A DNA stretch of 64,000 bases from Acidimicrobiales bacterium. GTDB lineage: Bacteria; Actinomycetota; Acidimicrobiia; Acidimicrobiales; Iamiaceae. Both the position numbers and the translations under genes were made by a program. Below, piece after piece: positions 17,831-27,287 of the stretch (position 1 is the first letter of the stretch; each line of letters begins with the position of its first letter). The notes below the pieces were generated by a model that worked only from the letters and a program-made list of their open reading frames with translations, was not told the origin of the DNA and ran no database searches. The stretch lies in NCBI GenBank assembly GCA_025463985.1, contig JAODBM010000192.1, forward strand, positions 2,201 through 66,200, given 5' to 3'.

Positions 17831-18856
17831 TCAGCTTCGCACGGTCTGGGCCAGCGCCCCGATGTCGGCGAACGTGCGGATCAGCTCGTTGAGGTGCGTG
17901 CAGGTGTTGGTGCCGCGCATGTGCGCGCCCACGAAGCGCCGCATGGTGCGCACGTCCTCGCCGACGAGCGCCTGCACGCTGCCGGCGGCCCACGGGCACT
18001 CGTACCAGGGCAGCACGTGCGGCGTGGCCTGCGCCGAGCGCACGACCAGCGTCTCGGGATCGACGGTGGCCAGCGCCGCGTACTCGTGCAGGATCGTCTC
18101 CTGCCCGCTGCTGTCGCCGAAGCTGTCGCAGAACATCGCGTCGACGCGCAGCGGGTCGCCGTCGATGACGTCGATCCGCCGCCGCCGGCGCATGGTGTTG
18201 CGCTCGACCGGATCGGCCGCGTGCCACGCGAGCGGGTCGTCGATGGGCTCCAGCGAGGGCATGGGCGGGCGCACGAACTGCGTGATCGACCGATCCCCCT
18301 GCAGCCGGACGTCGATCGACCCGCCGACCCGCCATCCCGCGCAGATGCCGAGCGCTGATCGGGGATCCTGGTCGTCGGCCGACCGCATGGTCGTGCGCCC
18401 GGTGTTGGACGCGATGAGGCCGAAGCGGGCCAGGCCCGACCAGGCCGACAGCGCGTCGAGCAGCAGGTAGAGCAGCGACCGCTCGTCGCGCTGGTCGGGG
18501 AGCAGCTCGTCGACGACGCCGCGCCAGCCGGCACGGGTGTTGCGGCCGGCGAGGAGGGCGAGGCGAGGCTCCGGCGGGGTCGCCTCGAGCGCCAGCACCT
18601 CGTGCCCCGGATCGACCCGCGCCCGCACCTCGGCCTCGGCGAGCACCTCGGCCGACCCGTCGGCCCGCGTCCGCAGGTCGCGGGCCCGCAGCACGTAGTG
18701 CGTCGGGCCGTCCATGCCCTCGGGGTGGGCGCCGTCGAGCGTGGTCGTGCGGCGGACCGAGCCCAGTGGACGCGGCGGCGTCGTGGTGATCGGGTCCTTG
18801 GGCCCTTCGCGGTCGGCCGCCGCGACCAGGTCGTCGCTCGCGCGCCGGCCGGTCAT
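17831..18856 (-). CDS. Conserved hypothetical protein, DUF2889-like
   Basis: 341-aa ORF overlapping the upstream Mo-enzyme gene by 4 nt. The C-terminal GTNTCTHLNELIRTF resembles the C-x-H-L motif I associate with DUF2889. This assignment is from memory only. Confidence 0.5.
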   Translation of the reverse strand: MTGRRASDDLVAAADREGPKDPITTTPPRPLGSVRRTTTLDGAHPEGMDGPTHYVLRARDLRTRADGSAEVLAEAEVRARVDPGHEVLALEATPPEPRLALLAGRNTRAGWRGVVDELLPDQRDERSLLYLLLDALSAWSGLARFGLIASNTGRTTMRSADDQDPRSALGICAGWRVGGSIDVRLQGDRSITQFVRPPMPSLEPIDDPLAWHAADPVERNTMRRRRRIDVIDGDPLRVDAMFCDSFGDSSGQETILHEYAALATVDPETLVVRSAQATPHVLPWYECPWAAGSVQALVGEDVRTMRRFVGAHMRGTNTCTHLNELIRTFADIGALAQTVRS

Positions 18857-20904
18857 GCGGGGGCGGCCACGACGGGTTCGAGCACCGGCTCGAGGGTCAC
18901 GGCGATGCCGGAGAAGCGGGGCATGCCGGTGAGCGGATCGAGGTCGTCGACGTCGGACGTCAGCTGGTTGACGTCAGGGCCGCTCCATCCATGGGGCAGC
19001 GAGACGACGCCGGGCCGCATGGCGGAGCTGATCTCCACCATGGCGGTCGTCTCGCCGTGCCGGGATCGGACGTGGGCCCCGGCGCCGTCGGTGAGGTGGT
19101 AGGCCGCCGCGTCCTGCGGGTGCACCAGGAGCGTGGGGAGCGGGCGGCGCTGCTGCGACGCCACCTCGCGCAGCAGGCTGTTCATCTGGTGCGGGAGCCG
19201 GCGGTTGACGAGCGCCAGGCCCGGCGGCGCGGGTGCCGCGTCCCGCCAGGCCTCAAGCTGGTCGACGAGCTCGGCCGGCGCGAGGTCGAGCCGCCCCCTC
19301 GGGATCCGGTCGGGGACCACCCAGCCGACCTCGGGCGCGTCGTCCGCCACGATGCCGCTGGGGGCGGCCTTGATCTGCTCGAACGTGGCCCGGCCGCTGC
19401 GCGCCGCGCCGGCCAGCACCGCGTCGTCGTCGAGCGGGTCGTTCGGCGCCTCGGGCAGCCGGACGCCCATCTTGCGGCCGAGCTCGGACACGATCCACCA
19501 CGTGGCCCGCCGCTGCCCGGCCGGCTCGACCACGCGTGCGCCGTACTGGGTGAACGGGATCGGGAACGTGCCGTCGACGTACGCGGGCATGTCGGCCCGC
19601 TCCAGCTGGCCGGTGCCGGCGAGGAGGTGGGTCGCGAGGTCGGTGGTCTCAGTCCGCCGGACGTCGTGGACGGCCAGGACGTCGAGCGAGGTGAGCGCAG
19701 CGCGCGTCTTGTCGCTGTCGGGGAAGACCTTGGCCGGGTTGCCGCCGAACACGAGCAGTGCCCGGACGCCGCCCGAGAGGATCTCGTCGTTGAGGACCGC
19801 GGCCGGGAGCTCGCCCCAGGTCTGGCTGAACTCCGGCCGGCTCGTCGCGGCAGCACCGGTGACGCGCGGCCGGCTGGCGATGCGGCTCTCCATGGGTCGG
19901 AGGAAGCCGCGGGTGAACAGCACGCCGCCGGGACGGTCGAGGCTGCCGGTCACCGCGTTCAGCGCCCACGAGAGCCACTCGGCGGCGTTCGGGGCCTCGC
20001 TCATCGAGACGCCCGTGCCGCAGGAGGTCGCCACGCGCGGCGTCGTCACCAGCAGCTCGACGACCTCGGCCAGCGTCGCGAGCGGCACGCCGCAGCGCGC
20101 CGCGGTGGTCGCCGCGTCGAAGGGCTCGACGCAACGCCGCAGCAGGTCGAGCGATGCCGCGTCGACGGCCGCGTCAAGGAACTCGGTGTCCGGTCGGCGG
20201 GCGAGCACCTCGCGCACGAGGTGACCGAGGAGCGCGGCGTCGGTGCCCGGGAGCAGCTGCACGTGGACGTCGGCGCCCGCGGCGCTCTCGGTGATCCGCG
20301 GGTCGACCACGACGACCTTGCCGCCGGAGGCGCGGATCTGGCGCAGCTCCTGGAGCGCGTTCGGCCACATGACGCCGTGGCCGTGCGACACGATCGGGTT
20401 CTGGCCGACGAGGATCACCAGCCGCGCGTTCTCGCGATCGGGGAACGGCAGCAGCAGCGGCGAACCGGTCATGAGGTCGGCGACGAGCAGCTTGTTCGGC
20501 GTGTCGAGCGTCAACGAGCTGTAGATCTGGTTGGTGCCGAGGGCCCGCGCGAACGAGTCGATGAAGTAGCGCCCGGCGGCGTCGAACGCCCAGCCCGCCG
20601 ACCGGTAGATGGCGACCGCGTCGGGGCCGTGCTCGTCGACGACGGTCCGCAGCCGGGCCGCGAGATCGTCGAGCGTCTCGTCCCACGATGCCGCCTGACC
20701 GGCCAGCGCCGGGTCGTCGAGCCGGTCCTCGTGGTGGTGCATGGCCGGCAGCGCGCGGCCCTTCGAGCACGTGTAGCCCTGCGACACCGGGTGGTCGCTG
20801 TCGCCGCGCACGCTGACGATCTGCTCTCCGTCGGCGGTGACCACGATCCCGCAGGATGCTGCGCAGATGCGGCAGAACGTTCGAACCTCACGGCGGTCGG
20901 CCAC
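18853..20904 (-). CDS. Molybdopterin (MopB/DMSO-reductase superfamily) oxidoreductase, cytoplasmic, with an N-terminal 4Fe-4S motif
   Basis: ORF 18853..20931. I prefer GTG 20904, which is preceded by GGAG 5 nt upstream; GTG 20931 is the alternative. The Cys cluster is CRICAASCG...YTCSKG. There is no twin-arginine signal peptide. The C-terminus MPRFSGIAVTLEPV is typical of the molybdopterin-binding domain. Confidence 0.85.
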   Translation of the reverse strand: MADRREVRTFCRICAASCGIVVTADGEQIVSVRGDSDHPVSQGYTCSKGRALPAMHHHEDRLDDPALAGQAASWDETLDDLAARLRTVVDEHGPDAVAIYRSAGWAFDAAGRYFIDSFARALGTNQIYSSLTLDTPNKLLVADLMTGSPLLLPFPDRENARLVILVGQNPIVSHGHGVMWPNALQELRQIRASGGKVVVVDPRITESAAGADVHVQLLPGTDAALLGHLVREVLARRPDTEFLDAAVDAASLDLLRRCVEPFDAATTAARCGVPLATLAEVVELLVTTPRVATSCGTGVSMSEAPNAAEWLSWALNAVTGSLDRPGGVLFTRGFLRPMESRIASRPRVTGAAATSRPEFSQTWGELPAAVLNDEILSGGVRALLVFGGNPAKVFPDSDKTRAALTSLDVLAVHDVRRTETTDLATHLLAGTGQLERADMPAYVDGTFPIPFTQYGARVVEPAGQRRATWWIVSELGRKMGVRLPEAPNDPLDDDAVLAGAARSGRATFEQIKAAPSGIVADDAPEVGWVVPDRIPRGRLDLAPAELVDQLEAWRDAAPAPPGLALVNRRLPHQMNSLLREVASQQRRPLPTLLVHPQDAAAYHLTDGAGAHVRSRHGETTAMVEISSAMRPGVVSLPHGWSGPDVNQLTSDVDDLDPLTGMPRFSGIAVTLEPVLEPVVAAPA

Positions 20905-20992
20905 GCTCGCTCCGTTTCGCAGGTGCCCCACTACCCGGCGGCGCCCAAAATAGTATAAGAATCACACCGTATATCGGCACCCAGGAGCTTGC

Positions 20993-21643
20993 ATGACCTT
21001 CGACCTCGAGCAAACCGACCGCTTGCTGCAGACCACCCGGGCCGTGCGCAAGCGCCTCGACCTCGACCGCCCCGTGGAGCGGTCCGTCGTGCTCGACTGC
21101 TTGCGGCTCGCGATCCAGGCCCCGTCGGGCGGCAACAGCCAGCCCTGGCGCTGGATCGTCATCGACGACCAGCCCACGAAGGACGCGCTGGCGGGCCTCT
21201 ACCGGGAGGCGTACGCGCCGTACATCGCGTCGCGCAAGGCAGAGCTCGCGGCCCAGGGCGGCAACGCCGATCACCCGATCGCCCAGTCGTCCGACTACCT
21301 GGCCGAGCACCTCGAGGAGGTGCCCGTGATGGTGATCCCGTGCCTGCTGGGCCGGGTCACCGCCGACGACTCGCCCGGCCACGTCGCCGGCTTCTTCGGC
21401 TCGGTGATGCCGGCGGTGTGGAGCTTCATGCTCGCCCTGCGCAGCCGCGGCCTCGGCTCCGCGTTCACGACGCTGCACCTCGAGCGCGAGAAGGAGGCGG
21501 CCGCGCTGCTCGGTGTGCCCGACACCGTCACGCAGCTGGCACTGCTGCCCGTCGCGTACACCAAGGGCGACGACTTCCGGCCGGCCGACCGCAAGCCGGT
21601 CGAGGACGTGACGTACTGGAACGGGTGGCGGCAGCGCGGCTAA
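20993..21643 (+). CDS. Nitroreductase-family protein
   Basis: 216-aa ORF with AGGAG upstream. The motif RAVRKRLDLDRPV...APSGGNSQPWRW is typical of the nitroreductase fold. Confidence 0.8.
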   Translation: MTFDLEQTDRLLQTTRAVRKRLDLDRPVERSVVLDCLRLAIQAPSGGNSQPWRWIVIDDQPTKDALAGLYREAYAPYIASRKAELAAQGGNADHPIAQSSDYLAEHLEEVPVMVIPCLLGRVTADDSPGHVAGFFGSVMPAVWSFMLALRSRGLGSAFTTLHLEREKEAAALLGVPDTVTQLALLPVAYTKGDDFRPADRKPVEDVTYWNGWRQRG

Positions 21644-21683
21644 TGCGTTAAACTATTCAGCAGTTCCCAAGGGGGAGGCCCAG

Positions 21684-22934
21684 GTGACGAAGCCGATGGA
21701 GGGCGTGCGCGTCCTCGAGGTGGCGATGTTCGGCTTCGTGCCGAGCGCCGCTGCGATCCTGTCCGATTGGGGGGCCGACGTCATCAAGGTCGAGCACCCC
21801 GACGGCGGCGACCCGGTGCGCCGGCTGTCGGCGTGGGGCGTGGAGCCCGGCGCGGGTGGGCTGACGTACCTCTGGGAGGTGTTCAACCGCGGCAAGCGGA
21901 GCGTCACGATCGACATCCGCAACCCCGAGGGGCGTGACGTCCTGCTGGACCTGGTCGACCAGGCTGACGTGTTCCTCACGAACTTCCTGCCGCCGGCCCG
22001 CCGCAAGCTCGGCATCGACGCCGACGAGATCATGGCCCGCAACCCGCGGATCGTCTACGCCCGCGGCAGTGCCCACGGACCGCTCGGCCCCGACGCCGAG
22101 AAGGGCGGCTTCGACGGGCTCACGTACTGGGCCGGCGCCGGGCCGAGCATGGCCGCCCGCCCGGCCGGCGTCGACGAGCCGATCCCGATGCCGGGGCCGG
22201 CGTTCGGCGACATCCAGGCCGGCTCGCAGCTGGCCGGCGCGATCGGCGTCGCGCTGTTCAACCGCGAGCGCACCGGTGCGGGCTGCGTGGTCGACCACTC
22301 GTTGCTGGCCTCGGGGCTCTGGGCGATGCAGGCGACGATGGCCGGCACCCACACCTCGGGCCTGACCGAGCTGCCCGCGCAGGACCGCATGGGTCCCGTC
22401 AGCCCGCTCGGCAACTGGTACCGCACGTCCGACGCCCGCTGGGTGTTCCTCGGCTTCAACGAGCCCGACCGCTCGTGGCCGCGGTTCTGCGAGCTCGTCG
22501 GGCGGCCGGAGCTCACCTCGGACGGCCGCTTCGGCACGGAGGCGGCCCGCGCCGCCAACATGAAGGCCTCGATCGAGCTGCTCGACGAGATCGTCGCCGA
22601 GCACACCCTCGCCGAGTGGCAGGGCATCCTGGGCGCCCAGGAGGGTCCGTGGGCGGTGCTGCGCACGCCGCGCGAGCTGCTCGACGACGAGCAGGCCATC
22701 GCCAACGGCTTCATCCAGACGGTCGACTACGACAGCGGCGCCACGTTGAAGCTCGTGTCGGCCCCCGGCCAGTTCGACGGCACGGTGCCGACGCTCGTCC
22801 CCGCCCCCGGCCACGGCGCCGACACCGACACCGTGCTGGCCGAGCACGGGTTGACCGTCGCGCAGATCGGAGCGCTCCGCGACGGCGGTGCGATCGGATC
22901 CAGCCCGTCGACCCCGGCTGTCGAGCCTGCGTGA
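21684..22934 (+). CDS. Family III CoA-transferase (CaiB/BaiF/alpha-methylacyl-CoA racemase family)
   Basis: GTG start after AAGGGGGAG. Motifs are MTKPMEGVRVLEV, DWGADVIKVEHP and FNRGKRSVTIDI. Confidence 0.9.
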   Translation: MTKPMEGVRVLEVAMFGFVPSAAAILSDWGADVIKVEHPDGGDPVRRLSAWGVEPGAGGLTYLWEVFNRGKRSVTIDIRNPEGRDVLLDLVDQADVFLTNFLPPARRKLGIDADEIMARNPRIVYARGSAHGPLGPDAEKGGFDGLTYWAGAGPSMAARPAGVDEPIPMPGPAFGDIQAGSQLAGAIGVALFNRERTGAGCVVDHSLLASGLWAMQATMAGTHTSGLTELPAQDRMGPVSPLGNWYRTSDARWVFLGFNEPDRSWPRFCELVGRPELTSDGRFGTEAARAANMKASIELLDEIVAEHTLAEWQGILGAQEGPWAVLRTPRELLDDEQAIANGFIQTVDYDSGATLKLVSAPGQFDGTVPTLVPAPGHGADTDTVLAEHGLTVAQIGALRDGGAIGSSPSTPAVEPA

Positions 22935-24529
22935 CGGCGCCGCCCAACCCCGCTCCGTGGGCCACGATCGGTGCGCTCGTCGAGGATGCCATCGCGCGGT
23001 TCCCCGACCTCGAGGCGGTGGTCGAGGGCGGTGAGCGGTGGACCTTTCGCTCGCTCGGCGACCGCATCCACGAGGCCGCCCGCGCCCTGATCGCGAGCGG
23101 CGTCGCGCCGGGCGATCGGGTGTCGGTGTGGGCGCCGAACATCCGCGAGTGGGTGGTCATCTCGCTTGCGATCCACAGCGTCGGTGCCGTCCTCGTGCCG
23201 ATCAACACGCGGTTCAAGGGCGGCGAGGCGGCGTACGTCCTGCGCAAGGCGAAGGTCCGCCGCGTCTTCACCGTGACCGACTTCCTCGACGTCGACTACG
23301 TCGAGGTGCTGCGCTCCGAGGCGGACCTCGAGCTCGACGAGATCGTGGTCCTGCGCGGCCCGTCCCACCCCGGCGCGACGTCGTGGGAGGACTTCGTGCG
23401 CCGCGGTGCCGACGTCGACGACGCCGAGCGCACCGCCCGCGTGGCCGCGGTTAGCGGCGAGGACCCGTGCCACATCCTCTTCACCTCGGGCACCACCGGT
23501 GCGCCGAAGGGCGCGGTGCTCGGGCACGCGGCCGTGTGCACCGCGTACTCCGTCTACGCCGACAACGTCGGCCTGCGCACCGGCGATCGCTACCTGATCG
23601 TGCTGCCGTTCTTCCACTCGTTCGGGTTGAACGCCGGGATCCTCGTCTGCCTCATGGCCGGCGCCACGATCGTGGCCGAGCCCGTGTTCGACGTGGAGTC
23701 GGTGCTGGAGCGCATCGTGGAGGAGCGGATCACCGCGTTCCCCGGCGCGCCGACCGTCTACCAGACCCTGCTCGCGGCCCCGGCCGCGACGCGGGAGAAG
23801 CTGACCACGCTCCGGCTGGCCGTCGTGTCCTCGGCCGCCATCCCGGTCGAGATGATCCGCCAGATGAGCAGCGTGCTGAAGATCGACACGATCATCACCG
23901 GCTACGGGCTCACCGAGGCGTCCGGCATCGTCGCGATGTGCCGTCACGGCGACGACCCCGAGGTGATCGCCCAGACGGCTGGCCGCACCGTCGAGGGCAT
24001 GACGATCCGCATCGCCGACGAGGCGGGCAACGAGCTGCCGGCCGAGGTGGCCGGTGAGGTCCTCGTGCGCGGCTACACGGTGATGCAGGGCTACTTCGAC
24101 GACCCCGAGCAGACCGCGCAGACGATCGACGCCGAGGGCTGGCTGCACACCGGCGACATCGGGATGATCCGCGCCGACGGCAACCTCGTGATCACCGACC
24201 GGATGAAGGACATGTACATCGTGGGCGGGTTCAATACGTATCCCGCCGAGATCGAGAACGTGATGTCGACCCACCCGGCCATCGCCGCCGTGGCCGTGGT
24301 CGGCGTGCCCGACGAGCGCCTGGGCGAGGTCGGCTCGGCCTTTGTGATCCCGGCGAGCGGCGTCGCCGCCGACCCCGACGAGATCATGGCCTGGTGCCGA
24401 GGTCGCATGGCCAACTACAAGGTGCCCCGGCACGTCCACGTGGTCGAGGACTTCCCGCTCAACGCCACCGGGAAGGTGCTCAAGTTCAAGCTCCGGGTGC
24501 AGGCCCGCGACATGCTCGCCCCGAGCTGA
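22931..24529 (+). CDS. AMP-dependent acyl-CoA synthetase/ligase
   Basis: GTG 22931 overlaps the upstream stop (GTGA) inside ORF 22475..24529. Motifs are LFTSGTTGAPKG, TGDIGMIRADGNLVITDRMKDMYIVGGFNTYP and GKVLKF. Confidence 0.9.
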   Translation: MTAPPNPAPWATIGALVEDAIARFPDLEAVVEGGERWTFRSLGDRIHEAARALIASGVAPGDRVSVWAPNIREWVVISLAIHSVGAVLVPINTRFKGGEAAYVLRKAKVRRVFTVTDFLDVDYVEVLRSEADLELDEIVVLRGPSHPGATSWEDFVRRGADVDDAERTARVAAVSGEDPCHILFTSGTTGAPKGAVLGHAAVCTAYSVYADNVGLRTGDRYLIVLPFFHSFGLNAGILVCLMAGATIVAEPVFDVESVLERIVEERITAFPGAPTVYQTLLAAPAATREKLTTLRLAVVSSAAIPVEMIRQMSSVLKIDTIITGYGLTEASGIVAMCRHGDDPEVIAQTAGRTVEGMTIRIADEAGNELPAEVAGEVLVRGYTVMQGYFDDPEQTAQTIDAEGWLHTGDIGMIRADGNLVITDRMKDMYIVGGFNTYPAEIENVMSTHPAIAAVAVVGVPDERLGEVGSAFVIPASGVAADPDEIMAWCRGRMANYKVPRHVHVVEDFPLNATGKVLKFKLRVQARDMLAPS

Positions 24530-24592
24530 CCACCCAGAGCGCCATCTCGCTGGACGCAGTCGACGGGGCGAGCGGCGCGAGCGGCGTCGACG

Positions 24593-26098
24593 TCAGGCGC
24601 TGTGGGAGAGCTTGGCTTCGAGCTCGCTCTTGAGCACCCGGCGCAGGAGCTTGCCGGTCTCGCTGTAGGGCAGCTCGGTGCAGAACGTGATCTGGTCGGG
24701 CGTCCGCGACGAGCGGAGCTGCTCGCGCACCCACGCCTTGAGCTCGTCCTCCGTCGCGGTCTCGTCCTCGTCGAGCACGACGGCGGCGGCGACGGCCTCA
24801 CCCCACTCGCGGTCGGCGACGCCGAACACGGCGGCCTCGCGGACGGCCGGGTGGGTGAGGAGCACGTCCTCGATCTCGCCCGGCGACAAGTTCTCGGCGC
24901 CGCGCACGATGACGTCGTCGAGGCGGCCGTCGATGAACAGGTAGCCGGCGGCGTCGAGCCAGCCGCCGTCGTTGGTGTGGAACCAGCCGTCCGACGGCGC
25001 CTGCTCGCGGCCGACGTACTCGCCCGACACCTGCTCGCCGCGCACGCAGATCTCGCCCTTCTCGCCGGGACCGACGGGCGTGCCCTCGGGGTCGCAGATC
25101 GTGAGCTCGATGGTCGGCAGCGGCCGGCCGACCGAGCCGAGCCGGGCCCGCACCGTCGGGTCGTCGCTGGCGAAGGCCTCGCGGTGGTCGTCGGGCGTGA
25201 GCACGGCGATCGTCGACGCCGTCTCGGTGAGCCCGTAGGCGTTGACGAGGTTCACCTGGGGGAGCAGCGTCATCGCCCGCTCGACCACGGCCATCGGCAT
25301 GCGCCCGCCGCCGTAGGACAGGTGGCGCAGCGCCGGCAGCGCGTTCTCGCCGCTCTCCAGCTCGTCGAGGATCCGGTCCAGCATGGTGGGCACGACCATC
25401 GCGTGGGTGATCGCTTCCTGGCGGGCCAGCTCGACCCAGTTCTTCGGGGAGAACTGCGGGACGTAGACCAGCCGGCGCCCGCCGAACAGCGACGACAGCA
25501 CGGCCGAGATCGCGGCGATGTGGTACGGCGGCACGCTGACGAGAGCGGCCTCGTCGGCGTCGGAGCCCAGGAACTCGACGGTGTCGAAGATGTAGGACGT
25601 GAGGTGGCGGTGCCGGAGCACGGCCGCCTTCGGCTCGCCGGTCGTGCCGCTCGTGAACAGCAGCACCGCGATGTCGTCGGCGTCGGCGGGGATCGCATCC
25701 TCGGTGGTCGCTCCGCTGGTGACCTGCGCGAAGTCGCTCGCCAGCACCACCTCGATCCCCTCGGTCCCGGCGACGCGGTCGACCGCGCTCTCGTGGACGA
25801 CGGCGATGCCGGGCGCGCTGCGGGCCAGGATCGCTCGAAGGCGGTCGTCGGCCAGCCGGTAGTTGAGCGGGACGTAGGGGATGCCCGCGAACGCCGCGGC
25901 GAAGAGGTAGATCGGGATGGCCTCGGAGTTGACGTCGACGGCGATGAGGCGCTCGGCGCCCCGCTCACGAAGCCACGCCCCGGCCTCGGTGGCCCGGGCC
26001 AGCAGTTCCGACATCGTCAGGCCGCCGCTCAGCGACCCGACCGCGGCGCGGTCGGGCGCGCCGTCGGCGGCCATCTCCAAGAGCATCGCGATCGACAT
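24593..26098 (-). CDS. AMP-dependent acyl-CoA synthetase/ligase
   Basis: 501-aa ORF with motifs LFTSGTTGEPKA, NDGGWLDAAGYLFIDGRLDDVIVRGAENLSP and GKLLRR. Confidence 0.9.
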   Translation of the reverse strand: MSIAMLLEMAADGAPDRAAVGSLSGGLTMSELLARATEAGAWLRERGAERLIAVDVNSEAIPIYLFAAAFAGIPYVPLNYRLADDRLRAILARSAPGIAVVHESAVDRVAGTEGIEVVLASDFAQVTSGATTEDAIPADADDIAVLLFTSGTTGEPKAAVLRHRHLTSYIFDTVEFLGSDADEAALVSVPPYHIAAISAVLSSLFGGRRLVYVPQFSPKNWVELARQEAITHAMVVPTMLDRILDELESGENALPALRHLSYGGGRMPMAVVERAMTLLPQVNLVNAYGLTETASTIAVLTPDDHREAFASDDPTVRARLGSVGRPLPTIELTICDPEGTPVGPGEKGEICVRGEQVSGEYVGREQAPSDGWFHTNDGGWLDAAGYLFIDGRLDDVIVRGAENLSPGEIEDVLLTHPAVREAAVFGVADREWGEAVAAAVVLDEDETATEDELKAWVREQLRSSRTPDQITFCTELPYSETGKLLRRVLKSELEAKLSHSA

Positions 26099-26104
26099 GG
26101 GCGG

Positions 26105-26413
26105 TCAGTCCGACGCGGGCAGCGGCTTTGCGCCCTTGAGCTCGAGCGCCTCGCCGCCGACGGCGAGCGTGCCGGTGCCGCCCTTGACGGCGAGGACCTC
26201 GAGGTTCGACGCCTCGTGGACGAACCGCTTGCCCAGGGCCGTGCCGCCCGACCAGTCGGCTGCGATCGTGACGCCGGCGGGCGGCTCGTCGCCCTGCGGC
26301 ACCATCGCCGCGCCGCCGCACTCGAGCTGCACGGGTTGGGCCGGCGGCCGGACGACCACGACCTCGACCTCGTCGACGGCGCTGCGCCAGCGTGACCCAG
26401 CTTTGAGTTCCAC
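26105..26413 (-). CDS. Small hypothetical protein (102 aa) with an internal two-fold repeat, co-transcribed with the ligase
   Basis: GTG start, and the stop is 6 nt before the ligase start. The repeat halves are EVEVVVVRPPAQPVQLECGGAAM and LEVLAVKGGTGTLAVGGEAL. GC3-rich codon use supports coding. Confidence 0.55.
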   Translation of the reverse strand: MELKAGSRWRSAVDEVEVVVVRPPAQPVQLECGGAAMVPQGDEPPAGVTIAADWSGGTALGKRFVHEASNLEVLAVKGGTGTLAVGGEALELKGAKPLPASD

Positions 26414-26510
26414 GACCTACCCCCTCGTGAAGCGAAGCGACATACGGTACCATCCGGCCCGTAAATCGCCAACTAGTTAAGTTATTCAGACCGACCCAAG
26501 GGAGCCCTGT

Positions 26511-27287
26511 GTGGAGACCGATGAGATCCCGAGTCCGGCTGAGCTGTTCGACCTTACTGGCAAGGTAGCCCTCGTCACGGGGGGGAGCCGGGGCCTCGGC
26601 CGGCAGATGGCGTTGGGCTTCGCGAAGGCGGGCGCCGACATCGTGGTCACGAGCCGCAAGATCGAGGCCTGTCGTGAGGTGGTGGAGGAGATCGAGGCCT
26701 CCACCGGCAGGCAGGCCATGGCCTACGGCTGCCACGTCGGCCATTGGGACGAGCTGTCAGGCCTGGTCGATGCGGCCTACGAGCGGTTCGGTCACGTCGA
26801 CGTGCTGGTCAACAACGCCGGCAAGTCGGTGCTCTACGAGTCGCTCGAGAGCGTGACCAAGGAGCTGTGGGAGAGCACGATCGCGGTGAACATGACCGGG
26901 CCGTTCCGGCTCTGCGCCCTCGTCGGCTCGCGGATGGTGGAGCACGGCGGCGGCTCGATCATCAACGTGAGCACGATCGGATCGATCCGGCCGAGCCCGC
27001 ACATCGTCCCCTACGCCGCGGCGAAGGCGGGGCTCAACGCGATGACGATCGGCTTCGCCCATGCCTTCGGGCCCACGGTGCGCGTCAACTGCCTCATGCC
27101 CGGCCCGTTCTTCACCGACGTCAGCGCGGCCTGGGACCTCGAGGCGTTCGGCGAGGCGGCGCAGGCCCACGCGCTGCGCCGGGGCGGGCAGCCCCGCGAG
27201 GTCATCGGCACCGCCCTGTACCTCGCGAGCGATGCGTCGAGCTTCACCACCGGAGCCACCGTGCGCGTCGACGGGGGGATCCCCTGA
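26511..27287 (+). CDS. Short-chain dehydrogenase/reductase (SDR)
   Basis: GTG start after AAGGGAG. Motifs are VTGGSRGLGRQ, NNAG and YAAAKAG. Confidence 0.9.
   Translation: METDEIPSPAELFDLTGKVALVTGGSRGLGRQMALGFAKAGADIVVTSRKIEACREVVEEIEASTGRQAMAYGCHVGHWDELSGLVDAAYERFGHVDVLVNNAGKSVLYESLESVTKELWESTIAVNMTGPFRLCALVGSRMVEHGGGSIINVSTIGSIRPSPHIVPYAAAKAGLNAMTIGFAHAFGPTVRVNCLMPGPFFTDVSAAWDLEAFGEAAQAHALRRGGQPREVIGTALYLASDASSFTTGATVRVDGGIP

Noticed and set aside
18853-20931. The molybdoenzyme could be a periplasmic Tat-exported respiratory reductase or formate dehydrogenase.
   Set aside because: The N-terminus goes straight into the FeS Cys cluster, with no S/T-R-R-x-F-L-K motif and hydrophobic region. 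No FeS, cytochrome or membrane subunit genes are adjacent.
24559-24591. Small hairpins could be terminators: GTCGACG-N19-CGTCGAC at 24559-24591, CCGCGCA-N4-TGCGCGG at 33267-33284, CAGCAC-N5-GTGCTG at 33310-33326 and CAGGCGGCG-A-CGCCGGCTG at 57914-57932.
   Set aside because: The stems are only 6-8 bp, with very large or very small loops and no U-tract. In GC-rich DNA such inverted repeats arise easily by chance, so I did not list them as features.
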